This document shows positions 44,007 through 53,330 of a DNA stretch of 53,331 bases, in pieces. This DNA is from a virus. Lineage: Duplodnaviria; Caudoviricetes. The stretch lies in IMG/VR virus record IMGVR_UViG_3300036828_001070, positions 1 through 53,331 of that record, one strand, 5' to 3'. Positions within the stretch are counted from its first letter, which is position 1, and every line of letters starts with the position of its first letter. Below the pieces are notes generated by a model. That model made no database searches and was not told the origin of the DNA. It saw only the letters and a list, made by a program, of their open reading frames with translations. The translations under genes were made by a program, and so were the position numbers.

Positions 44007-45206
44007 ATGTCTGTCTATCTGAAAAAAGGCTCGCTTGTTTACACCATGGACTTTGAATTTCAAGGTCAGCGCATCAAGGAATCAACCGGCGTTCGTACCA
44101 AAGAGATGGCCCGGAAGGTGGAACGTCTCCGTAAATCTGCACTGGAAGAGGGTAGAGCCGGGGTCGTCAAACCCAAATCACCCCAACTCTTCGCCGCAGT
44201 TGCGGAGGAGTATCTGAATCTGGAAAAAGCCCAGCTCACTCCGGACCAGCAAAAGGGTCATGCGAGTACAGTTCGAATCGACATCTTCAACCTCAAACAT
44301 CTTCTCCCCGTCTTCGGCAAAAAACTGCTCTGCGATATCACCCCGATGGATATAGCGAAGTACCAACAGGACCGGATTCGGAAAGGTGCCGCTCCCAAAA
44401 CCATCAATTTGGAGCTTGGCACCTTCCGCTCTATCACGACTGAGGGTGGTCACTGGGCACGGCTCATTCCCAAAATCAAGATGCTGGATGTGGATGATGA
44501 TATCGGCATCAACCTGACCGATAAAGAAATTGCCGCCCTCCTGGAGTCATGCACTCTCTCAGAATCGCGCATCCTGTATCCGTTCATCGTCATGCTGCTG
44601 GAGACCGGTTCGCGGTCAGGCACGGTAAAGAGTCTCACCTGGGATCGCATCGACTTCCAGGGTGGAGGTCTGCGTTTTGGTGACGACAAGACCAAAGCCG
44701 GATCCGGACGCACGGTACCGATCAGCAAACGGGCGATGGTTGCCCTGGAGTTTTGGGCTGAGAATTTCCCCAAACGGAAGCCTCACCATTTTGTCTTTGC
44801 TCGTGAGATCTATCGCCAGCAGAAAAATGGGGGGGAGGGGGTCCCCCCCATTGGCAGCTACACCACCTATCCCGAAGTCCCGATTACGAGTCTGCAGCGA
44901 TCCTGGGAGACGGCATTGGAACGTACTGGCAGGATTCTGACTGGAAACGCAGATGCGGAACCATTGCAATGCCGTTTCCATGATCTCCGGCACACTGCGG
45001 TCTCGCGCATGATCGCCGCTAAAGTGCCTATTCCCATCATTGCGCAGCTTGTAGGCTGGAGCGCTTCCACGATGATTACGATGGCGGCCCGTTATGGTCA
45101 CTACAGCATGGACACCCTGCGCGGAGCGGTAGAAACCATCTCCGGTTCAGGGTCCCCCCCAAATCCCCACCCATTGGCTCCGTCTAGTGGTGCAAGTTTC
45201 TTGTAA
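44007..45206 (+). CDS. int: tyrosine integrase
   Basis: ETGSR, KT, FHDLRHT, GW, RYGH catalytic motifs; start MSVYLKK after GAGGA. Confidence 0.95.
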   Translation: MSVYLKKGSLVYTMDFEFQGQRIKESTGVRTKEMARKVERLRKSALEEGRAGVVKPKSPQLFAAVAEEYLNLEKAQLTPDQQKGHASTVRIDIFNLKHLLPVFGKKLLCDITPMDIAKYQQDRIRKGAAPKTINLELGTFRSITTEGGHWARLIPKIKMLDVDDDIGINLTDKEIAALLESCTLSESRILYPFIVMLLETGSRSGTVKSLTWDRIDFQGGGLRFGDDKTKAGSGRTVPISKRAMVALEFWAENFPKRKPHHFVFAREIYRQQKNGGEGVPPIGSYTTYPEVPITSLQRSWETALERTGRILTGNADAEPLQCRFHDLRHTAVSRMIAAKVPIPIIAQLVGWSASTMITMAARYGHYSMDTLRGAVETISGSGSPPNPHPLAPSSGASFL

Positions 45207-45221
45207 GTTGTTGATTATAAA

Positions 45222-45269
45222 TGGTTGCCCCCCAGGGATTCGAACCCCGATTGATCGGTTCAGAGCCGA
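45222..45269 (-). other. attP core: 3' half of tRNA-Gln(CTG)
   Basis: Minus strand TCGG-CTCTGAA-CCGA...GGTTCGAATCC...GGGGCAACCA; no 5' half present. Confidence 0.88.
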
Positions 45270-45314
45270 AAAACAGTCATTTGCTGTATGTAACAACTAC
45301 TAACACTAACTAAC

Positions 45315-45341
45315 AAATCCCCGCATGTTTAGCGGGGATTT
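45315..45341. terminator. hairpin terminator near attP
   Basis: AAATCCCCGC-N7-GCGGGGATTT. Confidence 0.5.
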
Positions 45342-45510
45342 ATCATTTTCGTCACTACCACTGCTGACAGCAGATAACAGCTAAAACCATTAGGGGTCCC
45401 CCCCAAATCCCCACCCATTTTTGTTGAAATTTCTCAGCAAAATGACGACGGCAAAAGCCGCTGCAAACGTAGTTCGATTCGTTACGCAGCTGGCTTGCCT
45501 AAAAGGTGTA

Positions 45511-46077
45511 CTATCCGAGTGCATTCAGCACTTTTGTTCCGACAGGTGGGGAAAACTCCGCTATTTCGTCCGCCATTCTATATTTCACAGCATCCGAGCC
45601 AGAGAAGAAAACATCATGGTAATCAAACTGAGTCCACAATTCTTCGGGCAACCTCAAATGATCGCGGAGGATGATTTCAATCCTGGAATCCTCTATGGAC
45701 AAGTTGGTGGCGAGAGCTTTCAGCTTTCCAGCGCCCGACGTATTGGGATTGTTGGATCCCTTGTGGATCATGAAAAGGGCATTAGCTGTGGTCTTTCTTC
45801 CGTGGGCACCGAGGAAAACTAGAGTGGCGGCAGAAGAGACTTGTCCAGCGTTGTAAAGAATTACTTCAATCCCCAGTTTTTTTAGAGCGTTGTATAAAAA
45901 TACCCCATCGCCAACAAAGCCACCCCAAGATTGAAAGAGAATATGGATCCGCTTTGTTCCTTGCATGGCCACGCTGGTCAAACCATTTACCAACTTTGCG
46001 GAATTGACAGCATTTATATCGCCACAAAATGTGGCCCAAACTTCTTCGGGAGGTGCTGGTTTTTGCTCATCTGACAT
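45511..46077 (-). CDS. ClpP-family serine protease (moron)
   Basis: QSWGG.V..G..LYN, VSSAATLV, FMIH, D.FFS..DAVKY..ADEI; AT-richer than flanks. Confidence 0.8.
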   Translation of the reverse strand: MSDEQKPAPPEEVWATFCGDINAVNSAKLVNGLTSVAMQGTKRIHILFQSWGGFVGDGVFLYNALKKLGIEVILYNAGQVSSAATLVFLGAHGRKTTANALFMIHKGSNNPNTSGAGKLKALATNLSIEDSRIEIILRDHLRLPEELWTQFDYHDVFFSGSDAVKYRMADEIAEFSPPVGTKVLNALG

Positions 46078-46143
46078 GGAATGATTCTCTCGCACAGAGA
46101 ACTAATAAATCACTAACAATTCACTGGTAAACGGTTGTAGAAC

Positions 46144-47097
46144 CTACAATTCAACGAATCCGGTCTTCTCGCTCGGCTCATACTCCTGCACCGACCAGCA
46201 ACAACCTTTAAACTGGCACGGCGGTCGATCACAAACACTCATCGAAGCCTCCGGCAGTTTCGTGATCTTGGCCAGTCGCTCCAGCTTCCGCTCCGCCATC
46301 TCCAGGATGCGCTCTCGCAGAACCTTCTCCGGCGCCGGCACCTCCACGGTGAAACAGACATCGCGCAGGATGTCGTCTTCCAGCATGGCCTGCAGCCAGG
46401 TAGCGGTAGAGATCTCGTCGCGGTCTTCCCGCCACACCTGTTCCCAGCGGTCAGAAAAGACCTCGAATTTGCGTTCCCACTTCCGTCCGGACGGGTCGGT
46501 ACGGGAACGCTTGCGAAAGCGCAGCTTGTGATTCTGGGAATGCAGAAACCCCTTGGTCCAGGGTCCACTGCGCTTGCCCTGGCGATGCTGCCCCAGAATC
46601 AGCACCACCAGGGTTACCGGTAGTCGGTAAACCGCTGCCTCACCCAGGGCATACCAGCTGCGCACTTCCGACCAGTGGCGCTCATCATTCCACACTGAGG
46701 GCATCACCAGCTGTCTAAGCTTTGCACCGGATGGCTCCAGAAACGCGCTGGAAGCCCACTGTAGGCTTCCGACGACCATGGATGGGGGAAAACCCCATGC
46801 AGGTGTCTGCGGACGCCTCAGTGCCGTGGTAAGCACGTCAGCGAGGGCAGCGTGATGGATTACCGACTGATGCAGGTAGTGGCTGGAGGGTAATTCCATG
46901 CCTGGATCCCTGGCCAGGTCCATGATGGTCTCGCCAGCTACCTCGCCAAAGTCTTCCCGAACCGCTTCGGTAACTCCGGCCTGAATGGCCTGACGCAGCA
47001 TTTGGGTGGGATCCAGCCGGCGGCGCTGCCAGTGTTGTGCCCAGAATCCCTTTCTGGGGCAGATCTCGTAGCTGGTCAAAAGGCTGGCAGTATGCAA
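46144..47097 (-). CDS. degenerate Cas4/PD-(D/E)XK-like Fe-S protein
   Basis: LLTSYEICPRK at the N-terminus and CDRPPCQFKGCC at the C-terminus; no clear D-(D/E)xK; probable TTG start after GAGGT. Confidence 0.6.
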   Translation of the reverse strand: MHTASLLTSYEICPRKGFWAQHWQRRRLDPTQMLRQAIQAGVTEAVREDFGEVAGETIMDLARDPGMELPSSHYLHQSVIHHAALADVLTTALRRPQTPAWGFPPSMVVGSLQWASSAFLEPSGAKLRQLVMPSVWNDERHWSEVRSWYALGEAAVYRLPVTLVVLILGQHRQGKRSGPWTKGFLHSQNHKLRFRKRSRTDPSGRKWERKFEVFSDRWEQVWREDRDEISTATWLQAMLEDDILRDVCFTVEVPAPEKVLRERILEMAERKLERLAKITKLPEASMSVCDRPPCQFKGCCWSVQEYEPSEKTGFVEL

Positions 47098-47202
47098 AAC
47101 CCTACCTCTTGCGCTTTTGGATGAATCTATTACACTTAAGAATGACCCTGATACCTGATTTAGATTGTGCTCACTCTTGCGCTTTTGAAGAGTCGAATCT
47201 AT

Positions 47203-47703
47203 ATGTTCCATCCAAAGTTTTCTGCTTTTTTTCTCTCACTATTTCTATGTCCAACGCTCCTCCTTGCTGCCTCCAAAGAGCACTCTTGGCAGACTGGCAT
47301 AACTCTCGACACAGGACATAACCGCTATTTCACCGGTATCATTCACGACAGTTCGACCTCTGGAACCGTGAATGCATCCGGCACGAGCATGACCAGCGGA
47401 AATTCTACCTACTCCCACGCGAACGGCACCTATTCTGATTCAACCTCAAGTTCCGATACCGCAATGTATCGCGTCTACGAAAACTATGTGATTGATTCTG
47501 GGACGATGGTCTACCTAGCAGAAGAAAGGCTTACCTGGCGTTGGTCGAAACCTGCGCTTCTTACCGTGAATGGTCCCGTGAAGTTCTATACTGGTGGCAG
47601 AAAGATCCATATTCTGGACGAAGCCGGTAAGGAGCATGAAGCTACTATTATGAAACAGATCCTGAAGCCAGCAACACCGCCGTCATCGAATGCTATTCAG
47701 TAG
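47203..47703 (+). CDS. secreted/periplasmic protein (moron)
   Basis: Signal peptide, WQTG start of the mature domain, S/T-rich linker; opposite strand to its neighbours. Confidence 0.7.
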   Translation: MFHPKFSAFFLSLFLCPTLLLAASKEHSWQTGITLDTGHNRYFTGIIHDSSTSGTVNASGTSMTSGNSTYSHANGTYSDSTSSSDTAMYRVYENYVIDSGTMVYLAEERLTWRWSKPALLTVNGPVKFYTGGRKIHILDEAGKEHEATIMKQILKPATPPSSNAIQ

Positions 47704-47792
47704 AACCCCAATATGCATATCGGATTCTTCACATCGTTGTTCATTCTCTACATTATTGACTGCCTGATCCACCCGCAGAAAGTGAAATCAGA

Positions 47793-47900
47793 ATGATCCA
47801 TCTAGCACTATCGATCGCAGCCGTTATCTTTATCATGCTTGCGGTTCTCTTTGTCGCCGGCTTAATAAAGATGTTTTTCGAAGGGGAACTCTTTCACTAG
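47793..47900 (+). CDS. small single-TM peptide (35 aa), ATGA-coupled to a 27-aa hydrophobic ORF at 47713-47796
   Basis: MIHLALSIAAVIFIMLAVLFVAGLIKMFFEGELFH. Confidence 0.4.
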   Translation: MIHLALSIAAVIFIMLAVLFVAGLIKMFFEGELFH

Positions 47901-47903
47901 GTC

Positions 47904-49619
47904 TCACTGAGGTGTTTGAGCCGCCTGGACTCGCGCCTTGGCCTCTCCAGCAGTTCGCGGAACTCCAGTGGCCGCCGCAATCGCACCCAGATGTGTAACT
48001 GCAGCAATCGCCTCCGTCCCCGACTTCGCGCTTTCCATAGCCCGCAGTGCCGCCAATCCATCCGTCGTCGTCATAGCATTGACCAGAGGCACAGCCGGAT
48101 AGCGCATGATGGCCCGCCAGACCAGGCTGCGCGGAGAGTAGCTATGCCGTAATCCCACTCCACCCCTTCCCGCTGGCCCAGATGCGCGATCCAGAATATC
48201 TACAGCCTGTCTTAGATTTGCCGTCTCCTGGGGAGTGAATGCCTTGCGCAGAGTCCCGTTTCTCTGTAGTTCATTCAACCGTTTTACCAGTGCAGCTCCT
48301 TGTACTCGCGTGGGCACCGGACTGATGCCCGGTGCCTGCTCTGCGGCAGGCGTACCCGTAGTTCTTTTAATGATGGCATCAGCCACATCGCGCAAAGCGT
48401 ATCCCTTGGTCCACAGTCGGTTCGCTTCTGTCCAGTTGTCATGGAGAGGCGTTCCCTTCAGGGCTGCATCCATGTTGTCATTCATCACGCGGATTTGGTC
48501 TCCGATGGCGTTCCGCATCGCCGGATCCGCTGTGGCGCGCTGCATTTTGAGCAACTGCGAACGCACTTTGATGTAGGTGGTGATCGGCTGTCCCGCAGGC
48601 ACGTCCGAAGCCAGTCCCTGAGCCTTTAGATTCTCCCAGGCCACCGGGTCCGTGCCTGGCGTGAACGTTCTTCCATTGATGGTGACCGATCCCCCGGCGC
48701 CTTCAGTATCGACTGTTACCCCAAGTTTGCGGGCGCGCGAGATCGCCTGCTCCGTAATCTTCGACGCTTCCGACAACGAATCGGGAATATGGGCTGCAGA
48801 GGCATCCAGCGCCTCAAACATCGGCCGTGCCTGAGCGAAGGTAGCCTGACTCGCATCTGCTACCGCAACTCCAGGTTCCGCTGCCATCGGTCCAATCATG
48901 CCTGTGGTTCGCTGCGCCACATTGCGGATCACCTGCTTTACTGCTTCCTGCTGAATCCGCGAAACCTGATCAAACTTTTTACCTCCAATTCCCGCTTTCT
49001 TCAGATCAACCTGGAACCTGCCCGCCGACGTCTCTGGAGCTGCTTCCCCGACCAGCACCGGAACCTTCTGCCCGGCAATCGGCACAATCTTTGGTCCAAA
49101 CCTCTCCGCCACCGTTCTACGCAACTCACCTACACCTTTGACCGGCAGCTTGGTTACCTCGCCCGCACCTTCGGTGAGCAGTGCCGGGCCGGTCAGCTGA
49201 CCGAGAACGTACAGCGGATCTTCCTTAAATTGCTGCTTCATGCCGGAAGCTTGTTGGCCTATCCTTTCCATTGCCCGCTGCTGGAATGGAAGAGGCTTGT
49301 TGGTACCGGGAAACGGAAATGGACCCGAAGCAAGATCAATGGCCTGCTGTACCGTTCCTTTTAGTGACTCGTAGGGATGCAGCAACATGCTTCCTACTCC
49401 ACTGGCTGCGCCCATGGCATAACGGGTAAAAGCACGCGCCCTTGGATCCAGTTCCTTCAACTGTTCCGGCGTAGGCCGTGCCAGCTTCGCCATGATGCGA
49501 TCCCTGAAGTCTGCCGGAGTTGCCGTGCTACTAGCTGTTGCGGCCTCCGGCAGGCTGGCATAAGGATCCGCCGCGACCTCCGGCAACCCGGCGTAGGGGT
49601 CAGTCTTTTGCGGAGCCAT
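47904..49619 (-). CDS. internal virion / DNA ejection protein
   Basis: Ala-rich helical 571 aa, DPYAxLP N-terminal repeats, last gene of the structural operon. Confidence 0.6.
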   Translation of the reverse strand: MAPQKTDPYAGLPEVAADPYASLPEAATASSTATPADFRDRIMAKLARPTPEQLKELDPRARAFTRYAMGAASGVGSMLLHPYESLKGTVQQAIDLASGPFPFPGTNKPLPFQQRAMERIGQQASGMKQQFKEDPLYVLGQLTGPALLTEGAGEVTKLPVKGVGELRRTVAERFGPKIVPIAGQKVPVLVGEAAPETSAGRFQVDLKKAGIGGKKFDQVSRIQQEAVKQVIRNVAQRTTGMIGPMAAEPGVAVADASQATFAQARPMFEALDASAAHIPDSLSEASKITEQAISRARKLGVTVDTEGAGGSVTINGRTFTPGTDPVAWENLKAQGLASDVPAGQPITTYIKVRSQLLKMQRATADPAMRNAIGDQIRVMNDNMDAALKGTPLHDNWTEANRLWTKGYALRDVADAIIKRTTGTPAAEQAPGISPVPTRVQGAALVKRLNELQRNGTLRKAFTPQETANLRQAVDILDRASGPAGRGGVGLRHSYSPRSLVWRAIMRYPAVPLVNAMTTTDGLAALRAMESAKSGTEAIAAVTHLGAIAAATGVPRTAGEAKARVQAAQTPQ

Positions 49620-51406
49620 CAGGGAGCCACCTCATAGCCATGAGTCTGCAGATCCTGGGTGACCTCAGCCTCCGACTTGCCTTTATTGAATGGAAGTGCC
49701 ATCGCTGTTTTCAGACTTCTGCGACCCTTAGACGGAGCACCACCTCCCTGATCCGCACTTCCGTCCGTCTCATACTTCGAAGCCACGGTGCGCGCATTAT
49801 CGTAGTTATCTTTCGCTGAGCGCAGAAACCACTGCCGCTGCTGATCGGTCATCTTGCCGCTGACGATGCGCGCGATGTTGCCCTCCAGCCGCAACTGCGC
49901 TCCGCCAAGATTATTAACCGCCTGAATCTCTGTTGCAGTGACTCGATTAACCCGTCCCCGAAGCCAAGCCAGCACGATGCCCTGATCCCCTACCGGAGTC
50001 GGATCCTGCGATGCCTTCTGCACATCCAGATATGCGGCCTGAGCTGTATCCCGTGCCTTTTTAGCTACCGCTGCGGCTGGGGTCGCTTTGCGAAAGTCTA
50101 GTTGTGACGCTACCCTCTGTTTGGCCTCGCCGGCAGTTCTCGGCACGGGCTGCGTTGGAATTGGGGTAACTCTTCCGGGCAGTTGATGGATATTGCCAAC
50201 AGATGCGCCTGTTATAGAGTTAACCGCATTACCCGCTGCATCGATACTTACAGGCTGCCCCTGAAATGTTCCGGTAGTTACGCCTCCGGGTCGGGCTGGC
50301 GCAATCGGAGCAGGTATCTCTGTCTCTTCTGTAGGCGATATCTCAGGCGATACCGTACCCGATGGAGATGGAGCAGCCCCAAAACGCTTTGTAGAGGTGG
50401 AGGTCAGATCAACGATGTGCGGCTTGCCATCTGCGTCGTACTGAAGCGATTGACGAATGCCAACCGTGGTACCCGTAGCCCTCGCCTTGAAGTAAGCGAT
50501 CATGTCCCCCTCTTCTTCCGGGGTTAGCTCACTGGGTTCTTTGCCCAGGGCACGCGCCCATTCCGTACGCTGGACAGCAGGATTCGAAAGATGAGGTGCA
50601 ATCGCCGCAGGCGGAGTGTAACCCAGAGGCTGCAGGCGAAATTCGCCGGCCCGATTCCTCTCCGGCATCATAAAGGTTCCACCAACCTGTACGGGCTGCT
50701 TGCCCATAGGCGTCCAGGTCTCAGGCTTCTCCGCCACCGGCTTGGCCTCAGCACCGGCAGCAATCATTACAGCCTTCTCCACATCCGCATCAGGCAGGTT
50801 GGGAAAGGCGTCCTTCAACTGTTGTCGCATCTCTGAATAGGGGTTTACCGGAGCCGCTGGCGCGCCTGCAGCCAGATCCTGCACTGCCCGCGTCTCCGCA
50901 GTTTGTGCCTTCAACTGCGCCGGCGTTGCTCGCGGATTCACGGTTACACCTGGAGTGGCCGGCAGTTGCACGCTCCCAGGCATGGGAGGAAGTGTTGTTG
51001 CAGGAGCACCGGCTATTGGAGCAATCGTAATCCCAGCCGCACTGGGCAAGGTTGCAGCAGGCGTCGCAGCCAGTTGCGTTGGTTGCGGTTTGCCGTGGAC
51101 GTGCTCCCATACCATGCGGCCCAGATGTGCCATCGCTCCCGGCCCCTGATCGGGATGAAACAGCGCAGTGCGATCGGCGTGCACCTGAGCTAACTGATCG
51201 CGCAGCGCACCCCATTCCGGTGTATTGGGATTCAACGTAGACATCTTCTGCTGGATGTTGGTGATGGAAGTGTTGTGGTCATCCAATGCCTGCTGCCGCT
51301 CCTCATCGGAGAGAATCTTCTTCTCCTGACGCTGTTCTGCTTTGCGTTCGCCATAACCTTCAGCCAGGCCGCCCATCAAGCCACCGAGAAACGCTGCACC
51401 GCCCAT
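49619..51406 (-). CDS. internal virion / DNA ejection protein
   Basis: GGAAFLGGLMGGLAEG start, Pro/Ala-rich, 595 aa. Confidence 0.6.
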   Translation of the reverse strand: MGGAAFLGGLMGGLAEGYGERKAEQRQEKKILSDEERQQALDDHNTSITNIQQKMSTLNPNTPEWGALRDQLAQVHADRTALFHPDQGPGAMAHLGRMVWEHVHGKPQPTQLAATPAATLPSAAGITIAPIAGAPATTLPPMPGSVQLPATPGVTVNPRATPAQLKAQTAETRAVQDLAAGAPAAPVNPYSEMRQQLKDAFPNLPDADVEKAVMIAAGAEAKPVAEKPETWTPMGKQPVQVGGTFMMPERNRAGEFRLQPLGYTPPAAIAPHLSNPAVQRTEWARALGKEPSELTPEEEGDMIAYFKARATGTTVGIRQSLQYDADGKPHIVDLTSTSTKRFGAAPSPSGTVSPEISPTEETEIPAPIAPARPGGVTTGTFQGQPVSIDAAGNAVNSITGASVGNIHQLPGRVTPIPTQPVPRTAGEAKQRVASQLDFRKATPAAAVAKKARDTAQAAYLDVQKASQDPTPVGDQGIVLAWLRGRVNRVTATEIQAVNNLGGAQLRLEGNIARIVSGKMTDQQRQWFLRSAKDNYDNARTVASKYETDGSADQGGGAPSKGRRSLKTAMALPFNKGKSEAEVTQDLQTHGYEVAP

Positions 51407-51418
51407 GGGCCTATCCTC

Positions 51419-51910
51419 CTAAAACTTAATCAGACCGCCAATCCCCTTGCCCACGCCCTGACCTACCGAATTAAGCAGATTCGCGAACAGCGACTTGTTC
51501 TGCAGCGAAATATCCGCTCCTGCAGTGGTTGCCCCCGTACCCGTACTCAGCAGATTCGAACCGATACTGCCAAGATTGGTCGCCGCTGAACCGGTCAGTG
51601 AAGCAATCAAATCATTGATGCTGGCACGAGTGGTATCTGCTGTGGTCGCCGCCTCTGCGGCAGTGCCTCCGCTGCGATTGCCAAACTGATCCAGTGTCTG
51701 CAGCTTCTGCTGTCCCTGCTGCTGGATCCCGCTGATCTGCGGCGCCAGAGCCTTGGTGCCGCCGCCCGACAGAATGTTTTGCCAGAATGCGGCTGCGCTG
51801 CCCACATCCCCCAATCCCTGCCCGGTCGCCTGCGATCCCGTCTTGAGCAGCGAACTGCTCGCTTGGGTCGCCGTTTTATCGCCGCTAAACAAACTCGATA
51901 GCCAGCTCAT
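51419..51910 (-). CDS. small ejection (pilot, P22 gp7-like) protein
   Basis: MSWLSSLFSG, G/S/Q/A-rich; AGGAG RBS. Confidence 0.6.
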   Translation of the reverse strand: MSWLSSLFSGDKTATQASSSLLKTGSQATGQGLGDVGSAAAFWQNILSGGGTKALAPQISGIQQQGQQKLQTLDQFGNRSGGTAAEAATTADTTRASINDLIASLTGSAATNLGSIGSNLLSTGTGATTAGADISLQNKSLFANLLNSVGQGVGKGIGGLIKF

Positions 51911-51926
51911 AAAGAGACTCCTGCGC

Positions 51927-51944
51927 TGTAGTCTACGGCCTACG
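51927..51944. promoter_or_regulatory. operator TGTAG-tctacggc-CTACG
   Basis: Family member upstream of the ejection-protein genes. Confidence 0.6.
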
Positions 51945-52467
51945 GTTTTCCAAAGACAATCCACTCAACATTGTTGGTCGCCGTAACCAACGATGCATTG
52001 ACGGTGAAGAAGGTCGGATCCGACTCAACCACCCAGATGCTGGGGACTATTGCTGAACCTGGCGCCTCATTGCTGATGACCGTAGCCACGACATATACCG
52101 GTCCTGTAGGAAACGGCGGATCAAAGGTCACAGTAAAACTTCCATTCACCAGTGCGGTCACCCCGGTAATGATCTTCGCGAGAGATGCAGAAGTTGTATT
52201 ACCCAGAAAAGCGATGACTCCGGCCTGGCTGCTGGTCTTACGTAGCGCCGAAGCTGATGCGGCAGACGCCGTAGCTGCCGATGCCGTGCCGGAGGAACTC
52301 GATGAACTCGAACTCAGCGCGTCTACCTGACTCTTCAGTTTTATCAAAGCTTCATCGTGCTGCTGAATCGCGTTCTGCGCAATGGTCAGCGCAAAGTGAG
52401 TCTTCGGTCCAGCCTCGCTGGTTACATCTGGCCAAAAGGGATTGCGCGTAACTGTGGTTGTACTCAT
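51940..52467 (-). CDS. tail needle/short fibre-like protein
   Basis: Coiled coil, Ser linker and C-terminal VTFDPPFPT...VEWIVFG beta domain. Confidence 0.55.
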   Translation of the reverse strand: MSTTTVTRNPFWPDVTSEAGPKTHFALTIAQNAIQQHDEALIKLKSQVDALSSSSSSSSGTASAATASAASASALRKTSSQAGVIAFLGNTTSASLAKIITGVTALVNGSFTVTFDPPFPTGPVYVVATVISNEAPGSAIVPSIWVVESDPTFFTVNASLVTATNNVEWIVFGKP

Positions 52468-53330
52468 ATCGTCGCTGTCTCCGCAGCCGATGATCCGCCC
52501 AATGGTTTCAGGATGTTGTAGCTGTCACTCCGGCCCCAGATGCCGCGCTTCACCTCCACATCCACACCGAAGATCCGGAAAGGCGCCGAAGAACTCAGCC
52601 GGAAGCTTACCAGCTTGAACTTGTTGCGCGGCAGGGTCACCTTGGTCTTAGCCTGCAGACCGCCGGAGTTAGGCACGGTAAGCGCAATCGTCTGCGGACT
52701 GGCTCCGGTATCGAAGACCAGGGTAAGGGTGAGATCAGCAGTCGAGATATGCGCAACGTTCATCTCGCGCAAATGCTGCCAGCCGATTCCACCCAAGGCT
52801 CCCATCTCGGTCTGCCACTCCGCAGCCGACATGGGAAAGGGCTGCTGAATCCACGCACTCGCCGGCGTAGGCCACAGCCGCCACGGAACATTGTCAGTGG
52901 AGACGATCCTGATCAGGTGAGATATAAACGGTGGCGTAAAGGTCAGATCCTGTTTCGACTGGCTATTGAAGGTCACAGGATTCTGATCGGGATAGTGCAA
53001 CACGCCATCTTCACTCGACTCGACCGCTATAGTCTTGGGTTGGCCAAAGGTATTGGCTTCCAGAGTAACTCCCTGAATAAACATTGGTCCGCTCGATCCC
53101 GCATCGGTCCAGTCGGTAGGTCGGTTCTGGGTATTCTCCGGCAACGATGTCCAGTTGGGCTGCCACAGATCGAGCCAGTTGCCGTATCCGATCTGCCAGC
53201 TAAACACCACGCCAATATCGTTGGCGTCATAACCATCCCCATTGGCGAAATCGATGACATACGTCTTCAATGCGGATGCACCTGGAGCAGCGGGTGCAAG
53301 TGAGGTCGGTATATAACCGACCTCACTTGC
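52464..53330 (-). CDS. C-terminal part of the large tail protein that begins at 3036 (open at the window end)
   Basis: Frame stays open from 53330; no obvious RBS at the track's TTG start; beta-rich. Confidence 0.7.
   Translation of the reverse strand, partial: ASEVGYIPTSLAPAAPGASALKTYVIDFANGDGYDANDIGVVFSWQIGYGNWLDLWQPNWTSLPENTQNRPTDWTDAGSSGPMFIQGVTLEANTFGQPKTIAVESSEDGVLHYPDQNPVTFNSQSKQDLTFTPPFISHLIRIVSTDNVPWRLWPTPASAWIQQPFPMSAAEWQTEMGALGGIGWQHLREMNVAHISTADLTLTLVFDTGASPQTIALTVPNSGGLQAKTKVTLPRNKFKLVSFRLSSSAPFRIFGVDVEVKRGIWGRSDSYNILKPLGGSSAAETATI

Larger units (their letters stand above)
45150..45419. repeat. attP arm-type direct repeats GGGTCCCCCCCAAATCCCCACCCATT (45150-45175, 45394-45419)
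   Basis: 26-bp exact repeat bracketing the att core; short (C)TAACA repeats lie between. Confidence 0.75.

Noticed and set aside
45222-45269. Complete tRNA gene
   Set aside because: The acceptor 5' strand and D-arm are absent; it is an att core
46135-46149. TTGTAG-AAC-CTACAA as a member of the operator family
   Set aside because: The spacer is 3 bp rather than 8; half-sites at 42731, 42748 and 18910 likewise lack a partner, so they were not counted
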